The notes under the pieces are model-generated. The model saw only the letters and a program-made list of their open reading frames with translations. It made no database searches and was not told the origin of the DNA. From positions 1,248,018 through 1,312,017 of the forward strand of contig MU004187.1 in NCBI GenBank assembly GCA_010093605.1: a DNA stretch of 64,000 nt, given 5' to 3'. Made by a program: the position numbers and the translations under genes. Origin of the DNA: Lophium mytilinum. Its lineage: Eukaryota. Below are positions 50,018 through 63,636 of the stretch, in pieces; position 1 is the stretch's first letter; each line of letters opens with the position of its first letter.

Positions 50018-52964
50018 ATGGCGTCTGCCAATGATGGATCGCCCGCGCATGGTCAGGATCCCACACAAAGCTTATCCCAAGACGCCCCCCGCAGCTCCAC
50101 TGTGGAAGAAAGCGCGTCACCACGATCCTCCTCAACCAAAGGTTCGTGGCTGTTTCTATGCTTGTCAAGTGTTTTCTTCCGATCTATACCATCGCTACTG
50201 CAATTATATCTCACATTGAAATTATGGTTTCCCTCGTACATACATTTGCCTCATCAGCCCACCCACTCACTTTCACTGGAGACTACATCCCTGGGGATCA
50301 GGTTTTATATCTTACGTCATGCTTCACAACAAACACGGCCAGGCACCAAACACATGCCCCAACATTAGGCCAATAGTCCTGACCTGAGGCCCTTTTCTCT
50401 ATCTCTTACTACATCTCAAAATCGCAGCCTTCGCTATATCAACTTACGAAATCCACAGTCGTCTCCATTGCTGAACCAGAAAGCATCTCTCCAATGATGG
50501 AGGGCAAAACGAAAGAACCCGACCAAAGCGGCGAGTATTTCGATCTGGACAAAAGTGCTACAAAGCAATTTCGTGCTAGCGTTAGCGGAAAGCGGCTGTC
50601 AGGTCGGCCTAGTGTTGATCCAAGGAGGAAGTCTTCCGTAGCGACTCCGCTTGGAAATGAGGAGATGGACCCGTCGAGCAGCCGTCCACATAGCCATCAT
50701 GGACATGATAGTCTGATCACCCAGATTGGCGATTGGCTCAAACAAGAGAAAGCAAGACGTGCGGCACGGAAAGCGAAACGTGTCTCTGGCCGCCGAGGCA
50801 CGCCGCAAGAAGCCGCAGCCAGTGAAGTTTCACTAGAGGGTAAAGGGGGCACGCCAGGTGCTGAAGAAGAGAGACGGGGCTCAGAGTCTTCTGACAGCTC
50901 AGATGCACTGGAGAACCTACAAGCCATACTTGAGAAGAGTTTGAACCTTGCCGTCCAAGATCAGCGACCTGGCCACGGCAGAAAGGCATCCTCAGTCCGT
51001 CGAATTCCATCCGTGATGAAGATCTCCAAGCACACTGGCGCTTCGTCAGATACGGATTACGCCGACGGAGATCCTGTTGTGCCTAGCTGTGAAGCAGTGC
51101 TTGATAACTCTAAGACTATGGCCTACTCAGGCGGAGGAGCAGAATCAGATGAAGAGGCAGGCAGCAGTGCGAAGAATGCCGCCAAAGAGAAGGAAGCGTG
51201 GGCTGTCTTTAAGTTTGAGATTGTCAGACTTGCCCATACTCTTCGCCTGAAAGGCTGGCGCAAGGTGCCTCTGGAGAGAAGCAATGAGGTTGAAGTTGAA
51301 CGTCTGAGTGGCGCGTTGACGAACGCAGTCTATGTCGTTGCTCCACCCAAGCATTTGCCTTCTCGGAAGGACCAGAGCGCGGAGTCGATTCCACATCCCA
51401 AGAATCCCCCACCGTGAGTAACCATAAGTATCTTCGAAAAGCGACTAAGCTAAAGCAAAATACAGAAAACTTCTCCTTCGTATCTACGGTCCACAAGTAG
51501 AACATCTGATAGATCGTGAGGCTGAGCTTCAGATTCTTCGACGATTAGCCCGCAAACGTATCGGGCCTCGCCTCCTCGGTACCTTCACCAATGGCCGCTT
51601 CGAGGAATTCTTCCATGCAGCGACGCTCACTCCTAAGGACCTCCGCGTGCCAGATACATCCAAGCAGATTGCCAAGCGAATGCGCGAATTGCACGAAGGT
51701 ATTGACTTGTTACCTTCAGAACGCGATGAGGGCCCATTTGTGTGGCGAAATTGGGATAAATGGGTAGAGCGATGTGAGCAGGTCATTGCATGGCTTGACA
51801 AGCAGGTCAAAGATGGCGAGGCAAAGGCAGAGGACCCAGCAGTCGAAGCGATTAAGAAGCGAGGGTTCATCTGCGGCGTCGAATGGCCTGTTTTCAGGCA
51901 GACTGTTGAGAAGTATCGAAAGTGGTTGGATGAGCAATATGGAGGGCCTAGAAAGGTCAACGACAGACTAGTGTTTGCTCATAACGACGTGAGTTATATC
52001 CAATCCCTACTCTAAAGGTATGACTAACCGTCATCAGACGCAATATGGTAACATTCTGCGCCTCATTCCGGCCGGAGAATCTCCTCTCTTGCTCCCTAAG
52101 AACGAGCACAAGCAACTCGTCGTCATAGACTTCGAGTACGCCAGCGCCAACTTGCCTGGTCTGGAGTTTGCCAACCACTTCGTGAGTTCCTTTAAAAGTT
52201 CTTGTTCATCGCTATGGGTGATCACTGACGCACACACTTCATAGACCGAATGGTGCTATAACTACCACGACGCCACCGCTCCTCATCTCTGCAACACGAA
52301 GAACTATCCCACCGTCGAAGAGCAACACCGCTTCATCCGCTCTTACCTCCTGCACAACCCTACTTTCAAAGGCCCCTCGGCCGCTTCGTCTCAGCCTCCC
52401 ACCCCCGGCTTAGCTCCAGGCACGCCCTCTCTGCGCCCCTCTAATCCCGGCGGCACTCCCACCGCATCCGTCGCCACCGCCGCTCCCTCGTCGTCCATCT
52501 CTGCCTTCATGCTCGACTCCCGCGCCCCACCAACATCCTACGCCGAGAACGAAGAGAAGTCAGAAAAAGACACGGAAGCCGAGATCCAGCGGCTGATGGC
52601 CGAGACGAGGCTCTGGCGCCTCGCTAACTCTGCGCAGTGGGTTGCTTGGGGTATTGTGCAGGCCAAGGTTCCTGGACTCCCTGAGTGGGATGACGAAGGC
52701 AAGCCGAAGGACGGAGAGGAGGCAGATGCCAGTCCTGAAGGGAAGCTGCTGGAGAGCGCGTTGTTGGAGGTGAAGGAGGCGGCGAAGAAGGAGGCGGAGG
52801 ATGGGGAGAAGGAGGAAGAGGAAGAGGAGTTTGATTATCTGGCGTATGCGCAAGATCGGGCGTGGTTCTTTTGGGGGGATGCTGTCAAGCTCGGATTGGT
52901 GAAGGCGGAGGAGCTACCCGAGGAGGTTAGGGGGATGGCGAGGGGGAGCACGGTAGAGTATTAA
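50018..52964 (+). CDS. Choline/ethanolamine kinase (4 introns)
   Basis: RLSGALTNAVY, LLLRIYGP, IGPRLLGTF.NGRFEEF, FAHND/TQYGNIL, VIDFEYA, ANHF/TEWCYNY, FDYLAYA. Confidence 0.93.
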
Positions 52965-53257
52965 GCTAAGTGGTGTGCTAGCGGAAGATTATAGATGAGA
53001 CATGGGCTGCTAAGTGGACAGGGGTAGGTCTAAGGTAGAACGGAAGGGTTAGGTGTGGCTTTCGAGACTCTGTAGCATTATTTACATTAACGACTTTCTT
53101 TCAAGTGTTTCACTCGGAGGCGAATGCCTACAGGACTACCGAGATGGACAGTAATGGTACACCTTTCTATGATTACTTGCAAGGCTTCGATGAGAATATC
53201 GATATTGATATAGGCAACTCAGTCTCGCCATCCTAATGCCTCACAAGCCGTGCCTGA

Positions 53258-54960
53258 ATGACACGGCTGAACAAAGACCCAGTCGAGCTCGATGCCCTGC
53301 AGGACCTAGTCGAGCTCGATGCCCTGCAAGACCCACTCGACAGCGACGATAGTTATGGTTGGGACAACGATATCACCGCCGACGTGCTCACCGAGCTGTC
53401 CCCTCATCTCCGCTCCCCTGCGGCACCGTCCAGTACATCGTCCAATTCGGCGGGGCCTACCGCATCTACAGTTCCCACAGGAGACAGCCTCGCCACTTCA
53501 TCAAAAGGGATGGCTGTAGAGAGCGGAAGACAACGTACAACCATTCTGTAAGCTATTCCATTCGCGTTCACATGCAGCTATTATCTAACGCCAGTTGCTC
53601 TAGACCCAGCGCTGATACTAGTAGAGCCCAGCAGCCCCCACATCCCATCAACCTTGCTCCTCTTCGTAAGCAGGCTCCTAGTATTGCATCGCCCAGCCCC
53701 AGCCGCACTGTTGCCTAGCAACCTATGGCTAAGGTTGTTTCTCCTTGTTAATAAGTGCCTAGTCTTATATTGTTAAATTATAGTGGAATTCCATCGCAGA
53801 ACTACTATTCCCGGAGTTTCCTCCACTTAATGCTTAGAATTCTAACCCGGCATGGACTCGCACCGCCGTTCCTACCGCCAACTAAATTATTTATATTGAA
53901 TTAATACCTCTCTCTTAGTCTATAGCCCTCGGGCTCCTCCGCGGTTCGCCGGAACTTATCAAGCGTTGGTGTAGAAACCAACATACCTACTCTCAACAGC
54001 GTGGAGTACAACGGGACGGATGGCATTGTATAAAAGAAAGAAGCGCCCGACTCGGAACCAACAAGCAATTGGGAGACGGCAGCGAATCTTAAACTTGCCG
54101 CTATTATAGGAATCTTCAAGGATGCATCTAATAAAGATCTAGTTGGGTTAATAGATGAGTGGTATGTTAATTCGTGCGCAATATTAACCCAAATTTCCTT
54201 TCGGGCTTATGGGTTAACTCTTTAACAAAGGGTTTATTTAATCTATTTATACTTCTTTAGTTGAATTAGTTAGATATACTGGCGCTTCCGACAGTCGCAG
54301 ATCAACAAGAACAATCTTATTCCGCTCCTGCAAGCACTCCCTTGCCGCCCTCAAATTATAAAAACAGCAATTCGACTAATCCGCTCTAAGTTTATTATTC
54401 TAACCTCCTCCATCGGCCCAGCACCACGTGGAAAAGAATTGTCAGTAACTACAATAGTATCGGTGGACCCCGCTCCAAACTACCTCTTATTTCCTGGACC
54501 TTCTACTGTATATGAGCGGGTATTAGCTAAGTTTACATCCAGCGTTCCAGATATATATGTGCATCTCCTTGCAGGGGTGTTGTTATCTATTCTAGGGCTG
54601 GCTCTAGTCGTACCTCTTGCGCTCAATGGGTTGATCCAACACCTCCACCTCCTGAACCATAGTTGGCAAGTAACGCGATCCGCGTGGCCACTAAGGGCTC
54701 AGAGCCGCGACAGCATGCCGCTGGTCTGCAGTGACTGCCTATCACCAAAGACTGCCCTGGGTCTGAAGGAGGAAGACCCTAGTCGCCCATTTGTGGCAAT
54801 GAGGTGTTCCAACTGTATGCCCGCCAGCTTCCCATCACTTCCGTCATCCCGTCCGGTTCCGCCAACCCGTCCGGCTCTGCCAACCCGTCCGGCTCATTCT
54901 TTGTCAGAATTTCATATAGACTCGCTTCAGTACCGTGAAAGGTATTCTAGTAAATTATGA
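53258..54960 (+). pseudogene. Decayed gene or element relic with RIP-like TpA enrichment
   Basis: Protein-like ORF fragments broken by TAG/TAA; AT-rich patches at ~53.7-54.4 kb; 27-bp tandem duplication at 53276-53329. Confidence 0.4.
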
Positions 54961-55460
54961 ATAATGATCAAACAACAACCAAAACAAGGTTAAAAGCTCT
55001 CCGATCCACTTTAGATGGTGCTAGCAAACTACCCCTCCATCTCCAACAAAGCCCGCCAGTGCCCTCCCCACATGCTCCGCAGCCTCTTTCCAAGATCCAA
55101 ACATCAACACCAAGACACGATTCAGCCTCGTTCCCCACTAGCGCTGACGTCGATCCACCGCAGGCAAACCACCTGACCACACGCCAACCCCCAATCAGGT
55201 ACCAACAAGCATTCTTGGCAACCTCACCTCACGTTATATATAAAGCCAGGTAATACACATCCCCGCGAGAACTTAAAACACCATATCAAACAAACCCAAC
55301 CAAATCTCCATTTCTATCCTTTCAACACACCAAAACCAACAATCATTTCCTTAAGCGATACACGCATCTATTCTCCACACGGATTCCCTTCCCCGAATCT
55401 CTGACTCGAGGGACTGGAACTGGATCAAAGTCGCGTGCTTTCCACGATTCTGGCATAGCG

Positions 55461-55679
55461 ATGGGCTGCTTCTCCTCCAAGCCCAGCTACGGCGGTGGAC
55501 GTGGACGGCGTCGCGGAGGTGATGGCGGGGCCGGGGGTGGAGGAGGGGGCTACTACTATGGCGGAGATGGCGGGGGTGGGGGACATCATCACGGCGGCGG
55601 GGGCGGGGGCGATGGGGGCGGGGGAGGGGATGGAGGAGGTGGAGGAGGAGGAGGGGATGGGGGTGGCGGGGGAGGGTGA
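55461..55679 (+). CDS. 72-aa glycine-rich microprotein with N-terminal MGCFSSK acylation motif
   Basis: MGCxxS(K) myristoylation/palmitoylation consensus; GGX codon-biased body; TATATATAAA ~225 bp upstream. Confidence 0.65.
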   Translation: MGCFSSKPSYGGGRGRRRGGDGGAGGGGGGYYYGGDGGGGGHHHGGGGGGDGGGGGDGGGGGGGGDGGGGGG

Positions 55680-58600
55680 TGGAAGGGTACGGTTGGGGAG
55701 AATGCAGATGGGTGTCAGTGCTGGAGGGGATTAGGGAGGGGGCTTGTTCATTTGAGGACTTGGGAGTTAGGCGCTCTTTTGGGACTTTGACGAATGTTTG
55801 CGCTGGTTGCAATGCGGGATGGGCATGGGTGGGTTTTGTGTAGTGTGTCTATTTTCGATGGCTATCTACTTCAGATGGAAACGTGGGATTTGACCTCTAG
55901 ACGTGCCGAAATTTGAGCGCACTACGGCATAGTGTGCGTTGTGTGAGGTTGGTGTACAGTACGAAACCATAACTTTGGGCACATGGATCTGTCTCTGCTT
56001 GGCTTTAATGTTGCTTACTCAACACCACTGTAGGGGTTAGCCTGGCTGGTAAGCAGCTTATAAGTTAAGAGGCAGTCCAATCTACAATGCTTGAAGCTTG
56101 ACATCGCCCTTGGATCTTCGAAATCCTTAGGAAGCGCCCCAAGTAATGGCGAGCCAGTATGCCTAAAATGATGCCTGTCACTGTAAGCTCGAAAACCTAG
56201 GTCTACGGAGCTGGCTGCATAGCGTTGCTAAGAAAAGGAATGCCCTCAATATGAAGACATCGACCGGAACTGTCACCAGAGAAGATATATAGGATCATTA
56301 AAACACTAGGTAGTGCCAGTGATGCTCCTAAAGAGAGTTGCGAGGCCTAAAGGATGATAGCCAGAGAATCGCATCACGCTCGGCAACGTCTGATATATCT
56401 GCCGGAATTCCTAGTGAAACATATACATAGTAGTTGCGGATAAAGGCACTGTAGGGTCTCAAGCCAGGGGATGCCTGTGTCGCTCCTGATCCTAGAATGA
56501 CGAGATCGCACGACCTCTTGTATGGCCCTTGCGTGATAGCATTGCCAATGAATCTGGATGCGCTTAACGGGTATGAGGCATATTTGTTGCAATTCCCGGT
56601 GAATTGGTAGTACACGCCAAGCCGTACGAGTTGCGCCACAGCCAGAGCTTTTCACGGCTTGGGGAGCGATTCAGAAGAGACAAGATCAACGGGGCATTAA
56701 CAAAAAACGTTAAGAAGCTTGAAAGCCTGAAGAAAACGATAGAAGCTTAACTATACGGGGTCGCATCCGTGCGGCTTGAATGATAAGACCGGGATGACGG
56801 AACCCAAAAGACACGTGGAGGATCTCTGTCAGATTTAACCCAATCTTGAAAAGGTTAAATGACTTGGCTTTTGCGGGCAGGTGGCGGGGATCATGGTCAA
56901 GTGCCTGACTCGCACTAAGTTCGGATTCATTCTTTGAAGGCTCATCCCAGCTTCTGCACAGGCGCAATGTTGGGTCCTGCACGGCGAAACAGAATTTCGG
57001 TGCCCGTGTGTTCCCTGGTTTAGGGGGTAACATATTGCCTGTCAGCTATACAGGTTTCGTTAAAGCAATAAGAAATATTGCGAACAGGGAAGCAAGCAAG
57101 AACTAATATATAGATTGAGATTAGCGTTCTAGCCCGTTGCCAGAAACGATGCATTGACCAAAATACCTGCCTGGCGCAATATTAGCGGCTTATCTTCCAG
57201 AAGGTGTGTAGTCGGAGCATCATGACTCTATACAGAGAAAAAGAGCGGCTCCTCCACCCTTGGAGTCCCAAAAAGCACTGAAGTCCTGCCGGCAATTGCA
57301 ATATTGGGGTCAGCTCGACCGAACTAGGCCAGTATTGAAGTTCAGTAGGCATTGTTGCGCGCCCTATAGACGGATTAGTGGAAGGGCCGCGGGCGACACT
57401 GGATACTGCCTAGGGTGAACATATGCGGTCGGCGAGCACCAGGGTTGCCAGGTGACTCCATCAGTTGCTAAGGACCACTTTCTGAGTGGCTCCTGTAATG
57501 GTCTGGATCGACGAGGTGCAGCATCGGACTAGGCACGTAGCCAGCTAATCAGTCTGAAACTCACAGAGGCCTGTATGCGCTGTAGTGATGTGTAGGGGAT
57601 TGTTCCTGTCAGAGACAAGGTTGATATTGCGCCAGGACAAGGCGCGGACACGGAGCATAGCGATACCCTTACCAATCCATCTGGGGGCGTATTTGCATGT
57701 CTTGCCCGGGATTCGTGACGTCCCGAAGATCCGGAGTGCATCACGAGCTTGTAAATCGCATCAGGGTGCAGCTGGCGAACGAGACTCGCCACTTCACAGT
57801 AGGGTGTTCGTAATATAAAGTGCCGAGAGAAGCAGGACAAAGATAGGGCAACTACTTGCCTCTTTACGACACTACTCCGACATGCCAAAAGCACTCAAGA
57901 CGCGGACAGGCTAGGATTAGAAGGCCCCGCGGCATCGAATGAGGAGCACGAGAGAGGGCGCGCCGACGGGCAGAGATGAAGCTGGCGGCGGTTTCTTGTA
58001 GCAAAGAGCTCGCTGACGCCAGATGCGACCTGCCTGTTCGGCAGTTGTACGGGCCCTGGACGAGCTGTTACCTGCCGTTTTCGGCGAATATCACGACGTG
58101 CACTGAGGCCGGGCAGCGAAGTCGGAGTTAGACGGTCGCGGGCGCGATGCCTGCCTACGACGGGCCACCAGCACACCAACGACAGCTATCTGGAGTTTGC
58201 ATGAAGCAGACGGGCGATCGGCCGTGCGACCCAGGCGGCGGTGTCGAGGACGTTGAGATATGGCAGTGCGCGTTGCTTGCCGATCGGTCGACTGCATGCA
58301 CCGGGCACCACGCAACGGGCTAGACCTGCATCGCGATGATGACGAGGCGGCGAGGGGAGAGGCAGCGGGGCGTCGGGAGCGGCCAAGAAGGGCGCAGATG
58401 TTCGAGATGAGCAGCGGGCTGACGAGGCTGGCAGGGCCTGGGGGGTTTTCTAGAAGGCTGCCGCGTTGGGCAAAGGGTGGAGCAGTGGCGATATCAAGGC
58501 GGGGATCTGGGGACAGGCCTCCCTAGACGTGACTCGCGGGGGCGTCAGATGCAGATGGCAGATGGTGGCCTGGAGGTGATCTGTACGTAGGGGTCGTTTC

Positions 58601-59248
58601 TGGCGTATTCCGCGAGCGCTGAGGGAGGTTCGTGAGGCGTTGCGGCGACGCCAGGAGCACCGGCGCCAAGACGACTGGTCGCTCGTACCGGTGCAACGGC
58701 GTACGGAGTCTGCTTGCGCGAGGCCACGGGCCTGTCCATAAGTGATGGTGGTGATGCGGCTGCAGCGATCATCGGCATCGTGAAGCTCTAGAGCCTGGCT
58801 GCGACGACGCGGGCCTTTGCAACCACCGGGACCCCCTGGGATGGACGGGGTGAGCGGTGCAGTGGTGAGGGTCCGCGGACGCCAGCAACGGCGGAACCGT
58901 TGGAAGTGAGTCGGGAGTGTGGCCGGTGGAGATTCCAGGGCGGACCGGGGCGCAGCTGATTGGCTTCGGTTTGCGTTTCAGATGGGGTTCGATCGGCGGG
59001 AGACGGTGCCAGAATGCTGCCAGCCGTGTCCCAGCAATCTACGGTACCTTCGATGTACACCTGCACCTCATTCGTGGAAGCTTTCCGAGCTTCACACCTT
59101 CTTGCGCCAAGGCTGGGAGAGGTGCTCTCGGGGCGTCGTCTCGTTGTAGTTCGGGTGAGAGAGCGACCCGCCGTGACGGAGCAGCTGGTCGGCATCGATC
59201 ACGCACCTGGCAGTCTCAGCCGTGGCGCTGCGTCGCGGCACAGGCCCG

Positions 59249-59280
59249 CAAGCCTCCAAGCCTCCAAGCCTCCAAGCCTC
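59249..59280. repeat. 8-bp microsatellite CAAGCCTC x4
   Basis: Directly visible in the long region upstream of the PDE gene. Confidence 0.85.
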
Positions 59281-60395
59281 CGCCTGCTCCTCCAATCCTC
59301 GCGGCCGGCTTCGGCGAGAGCGTGAGATTCGGGCTGCGGGCTGCCCACGACCCCTGTAGCCAATCACAGCGGCTTTGCGTCCTTCTCGAAGCAATCCCAT
59401 TCCCTTCCCTCGAGCATCGCACGCGCTAGCCGTAAGCCTCGAGCGCAGTGTGCATCCCATCTTGTCCATCCTATCCATCCCAAGAGCCCCGGCCTAGCAC
59501 TGCTGCACCTCTCGCGCCTCGACACCACTCCACCTCCACCTCTACCTCCACTTCCACCCAACTCCATCTCCTCCTCCACCACCCTCCCGGCCCTTTCTTC
59601 CCCGCCCAAGCCTCTCTCCCGCCGTGACTGGGTGCGTCCCGATGCTGCTCGCGAAGCATCGAATCCTGCGCGTGCGCGAGTTGCGACACTGACGCTTTTG
59701 CCCACTCCAACCAACCCCTGCGTCGAGCCCTGCACCGCAAAGGGCCAGCTACCTCACCGAAGAAGGTCTGAACCGTCGACGCACTCTCCTCCCGAATCCG
59801 ACCTCAGCGAGAGTCTGCTGCTGTGTTCCGCGCGCAGCTTGGACCGCCCACCGCCGACCGCGAGTCCGTCTGCGTCTTTGTCTCAAGCGCATCGCACTCC
59901 GCCGCCCTACCGTCTTGTCTTTAATCGCCTGCTTTCGCCCGCGCCTGCTCCTAGAAGTGCTGGCCGTGTCGCCCTGCCCGTGCCAATTGCTCGCTGTGCC
60001 GTTTGGTCGCTGTTGTCTGTAGTCCAGCCTGTCGCCGCTTCAGACTGCCTCGCGGACCACCACGCGCTCTCGTGCTCCTTCGCGCCTGCGAACGATCCCC
60101 TTGTTTGCTCTTCTACGTCGCCGCTGCTAGGCCCGCCGTTGGTCGAACAAACCTCCGCTTCGACTTGGTGTTTCTCCTCCATTGGCGTAATCCCCGTGCG
60201 CCTCTCCAACGCGACCTACATTCTCTCGAGCACCTATCACTAAGCCGCGCGACCTCTCCTACCCATCCTTTCCACCTATAAATCCGTCCTCAGCCCTACG
60301 GAACCTCCCCATTTTGCCTGGACCCCGCGATCCTCCCCTCAGCGCGGGAGACGGAAAGCCGAGCGCCAGCGTTACTGGTTGCAAGGTCACAAAAC

Positions 60396-63300
60396 ATGGA
60401 ACATGGCGCATGCAATGTCATCTACATTGATAGGCGGGCAAATGACGAACATGTGCGGAGAGACTCCCTCTCCAATTCGCTTGCGACCAGGACAAGCACA
60501 GGGAGCTACTCGCCCGGCTACTTCAGCATGGGCAAATCGCCCCCTCCAGAGATCAGTGCGAATGTCGAAGCCATAATGTCCACTTTCAACCAAGGTATGC
60601 TGCTTGAACCCGCAATGCGGGTACCGACATGATCTGCCATGTATGCCACGGATGTCATGTCCGCTAACCAGATATGCAGTACATATTTGCGGGTCCGGCG
60701 CCAGTTGTCTTACCAAGATCTCAGACCTACAGAACACCTATTCCGACATCCCGACCATTGTCCTGATCGACGTACCCTATGACGAGGAACAACGGCAGAG
60801 GCGGCTGTCGAGAGATCCGCGCGCCGCTTCTCCCACATCAACCCGCGCCGTGAACGTAGACGGGAACAATCTGGATGATCTCTACGGAATGCACCTGCTT
60901 GTTCACATTTCTTCCGAAATCCAATCCCGGAATGTGTCGAAACTCGTTATTCCAGTGGTAGTCTTGAGTGGCTTGGATCGCGACTGGGCTTCCACAAATC
61001 TACCGTCACCAAGCGTACACGGATCACAAGTCCTGACAGATACAGTACGACTTGTGCGATATCTAGATGCTGGCGCCGTTGATGTCTTGTCGAGTCCATT
61101 ATCCAAAGACCATGTCCAAGGGTTAGCCGTCCACGCCTACCGAGTGCACAAAGAGGTTTCAAAAGAGGAATACGGGTTTTTGACCTCCAAAAAGAATCGA
61201 AAGCTATCATGGGTCGGTGTCGACGACGAAAAACCATACGCCTATTTACGTGAAGCCATGGTCTCGAATCTGATGAGCCGCATCTGCAACCCTGAAGCTG
61301 CCGGAGACTCGATTGATCCAAAGTGAGTGCCCCTTATAAATTTACATACCCGTGACCACTAACAATTCTTAGGGACTTTTACGTAGAACCCGAACGGAAA
61401 GTCTACGTAGCTGAAGCTATCGGGTCATGGAGTTTCTCTGCGCATGAATTCACAGACGACGAGTTGCTGTATGGTGCACTACTAATGCTGCAGCACGCGC
61501 TTCAAATGCCTGAACTAGAAAGTTGGAGAATGCCCGAAGGTGAGATCACGTGAAACTCCCAATATCCCACGGTCTCTAACCATGCTCTTAGATGACTTGA
61601 TGGTTTTCCTCATGGCCAGTCGCATCGCGTACAACGAGTTTGTCCTGTATCACAATTTCCGACATGTCACAGATGTCCTCCAAGCGCTATTCTACTTTCT
61701 CGTTCGAATCGGCACATTACCAGAATACGCCATGGGAAGTCCGCATCCTGGGAAATTCGAGAAACCAGCAATCGCAAACCTTCTCAAGCCATTCGACGCT
61801 TTGACCCTTCTTATCTCGGCCATAGGCCACGATGTAGGGCACCCCGGCGTCAACAATGCATTCCTGGTGGCTCTCAATGCACCCTTAGCTCAACTGTACA
61901 ACGATCGATCTGTTCTGGAGTCCTTCCATTGCGCGGCATACTCGCAAATACTGCGACGTTACTGGCCTGTTGCATTCTCCGACATGACCATGCGAAAGTT
62001 GATGATCAACAGTATTCTGGCCACCGACATGGGGCTCCATTTCAAGTACATGACTGATCTTGGACATGTACAAGAGAAGCTGGCTCATAATGCTGGGGGC
62101 ATGGATGGATGGAGCCCTAAAATTCAGGAAGAGTACAAGGACTTGACTTGTGGGTTGCTTATCAAGTGTGCGGATATCAGCAATGTCGTGAGTACTTTCT
62201 ATTCAAACTGGTGGTGCAGATGACTTACAGTATGCCAGGCAAGGAAGTTCAACGTTGCGGCTCGCTGGGCAAGTGTTCTTACGGATGAGTTCAGCAACCA
62301 AGGCACTATGGAGCAGGAACTCGACATGCCGTCCTGCCTCTTTGGTGGACCACCTGTACTTAACAACCTCACCAAGATGGCCGAGTCCTAGATCGGCTTT
62401 ATGAACATCTTCGCTCGGCCGCTGTTCGAAGCTGTCGCTGACATCCTACCAGCAATGCAATTCAGTGTTGATGAGATTCTCGCCAACAAAGCCATATGGG
62501 AGGCCAAGATTGAAGAAGAGAAGGAGAGGTTGAGAAGAAAGCCTACTATAAATTTGGGGCTTATGGCGCCTGGGTATGTCACAGATCCGACACCGAGCCC
62601 GTTTTCGGGAGGGCCAGTGAAATCCTATCTACACTCAGACTCGTTACCTGCGGCAAGAATCGACGCCACTCAAAGAATGGCCCTGTCTGATGACTCGAAT
62701 AGACGCTCATCGAGCGGCTCACATACACAATATGCAACTCCCCCGTCTGGACCAGAAAGAGGCTCTCGGCGTTCTTCGGCCGCCGGAATTCCGAGCCCCC
62801 TCCATTTGAGCTCTGCTGAAAATCAAAGCCATTCTAGGCGTGGGAGTGGCGATGCGAGTGTGACCGCGATACTAGTCACCCAGACGCCAACACCCCCTGG
62901 AATTGAGAAACCAAAAGATGCTCCTTCTGGAACTCCTGCTCGCTCTGCGTCCCCAGCTAAGCGTGTCAACACCAAAACAAAGAAGTCGCCCCCAAAGTCA
63001 ACAAACAAGTCGAGCAACGATGGTGAGAAGGAAGGCGCGCGACCAGTCACAGCACCATCGTCGTCGCGTCGCAGCCAGGGTAAGAAAAAGAACCTGAGCT
63101 CATACCCGCCCTACACTTCATCAAGACCTCTAGCCATAGGCCCTGACTTTGATTCAGCAACGAACGTCTTCCCCATCAGTAAATCACCATCCCAGCGACA
63201 CTCGGAACTCGACTTAAGTCATGGGCATAATGGGAATCTGGACGGCTCTCGGGTGCGCGATTGGGATTCAAGCAAGCTCACTGACGACAGCTCGATCTCA

Positions 63301-63636
63301 CGACACGACGGGGAGGGCGACATGAGCTGGTGGCGACAAATGAGCACCCGGCGACGTCCTCGGGACGTAAAGCTGTCAAACGAGGAACCCCTGAGCCCGA
63401 ACAAGGAAATCTACCTCGCACCCTCCACGTCAAACACAAACTCTGGTTACTCAGCTTCTTCGACAAGTCCCACGCAAGATCGAAACAAAACCCCGAAATG
63501 GAGTCGAATATTCAGACGAAAAACCAAGACTCCAAGTGACAAGGGTAGGGAGTACGCTAGCGCTCCTGACAGCACCTTGACGCTAACTGTTCCGCCAACG
63601 AGCAATCCTAATGGTGGATCCAGCAACATACACTGA
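60396..63636 (+). CDS. High-affinity class I cAMP phosphodiesterase (PdeH/Pde2 type) with in-frame TAG at 62389-62391; 3' end uncertain
   Basis: YHNFRHVTDV, AIGHDVGHPGVNN, YNDRSVLESFH, ILATDM, LIKCADISN, EF..QG..E, S*IGFMN; several introns. Confidence 0.9.

Noticed and set aside
56030..56070. tRNA-like start GGGGTTAGCCTGGCTGGTAA
   Set aside because: No T-arm (GTTCGA) or acceptor-stem complement downstream.
57500..60390. Many overlapping 60-200 aa ORFs upstream of the PDE
   Set aside because: GC-rich promoter or 5' leader with pyrimidine tracts; ORFs are low-complexity with no domain.
62356..62391. 36-nt GT...AG intron that would remove the PDE TAG
   Set aside because: Too short, no well-placed branch site, and it would delete the catalytic Gln position.
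62389..62391. UAG-to-Gln genetic code reassignment
   Set aside because: RPC1, GST, ALDH, APM1 and PRPP synthetase all terminate normally at TAG.
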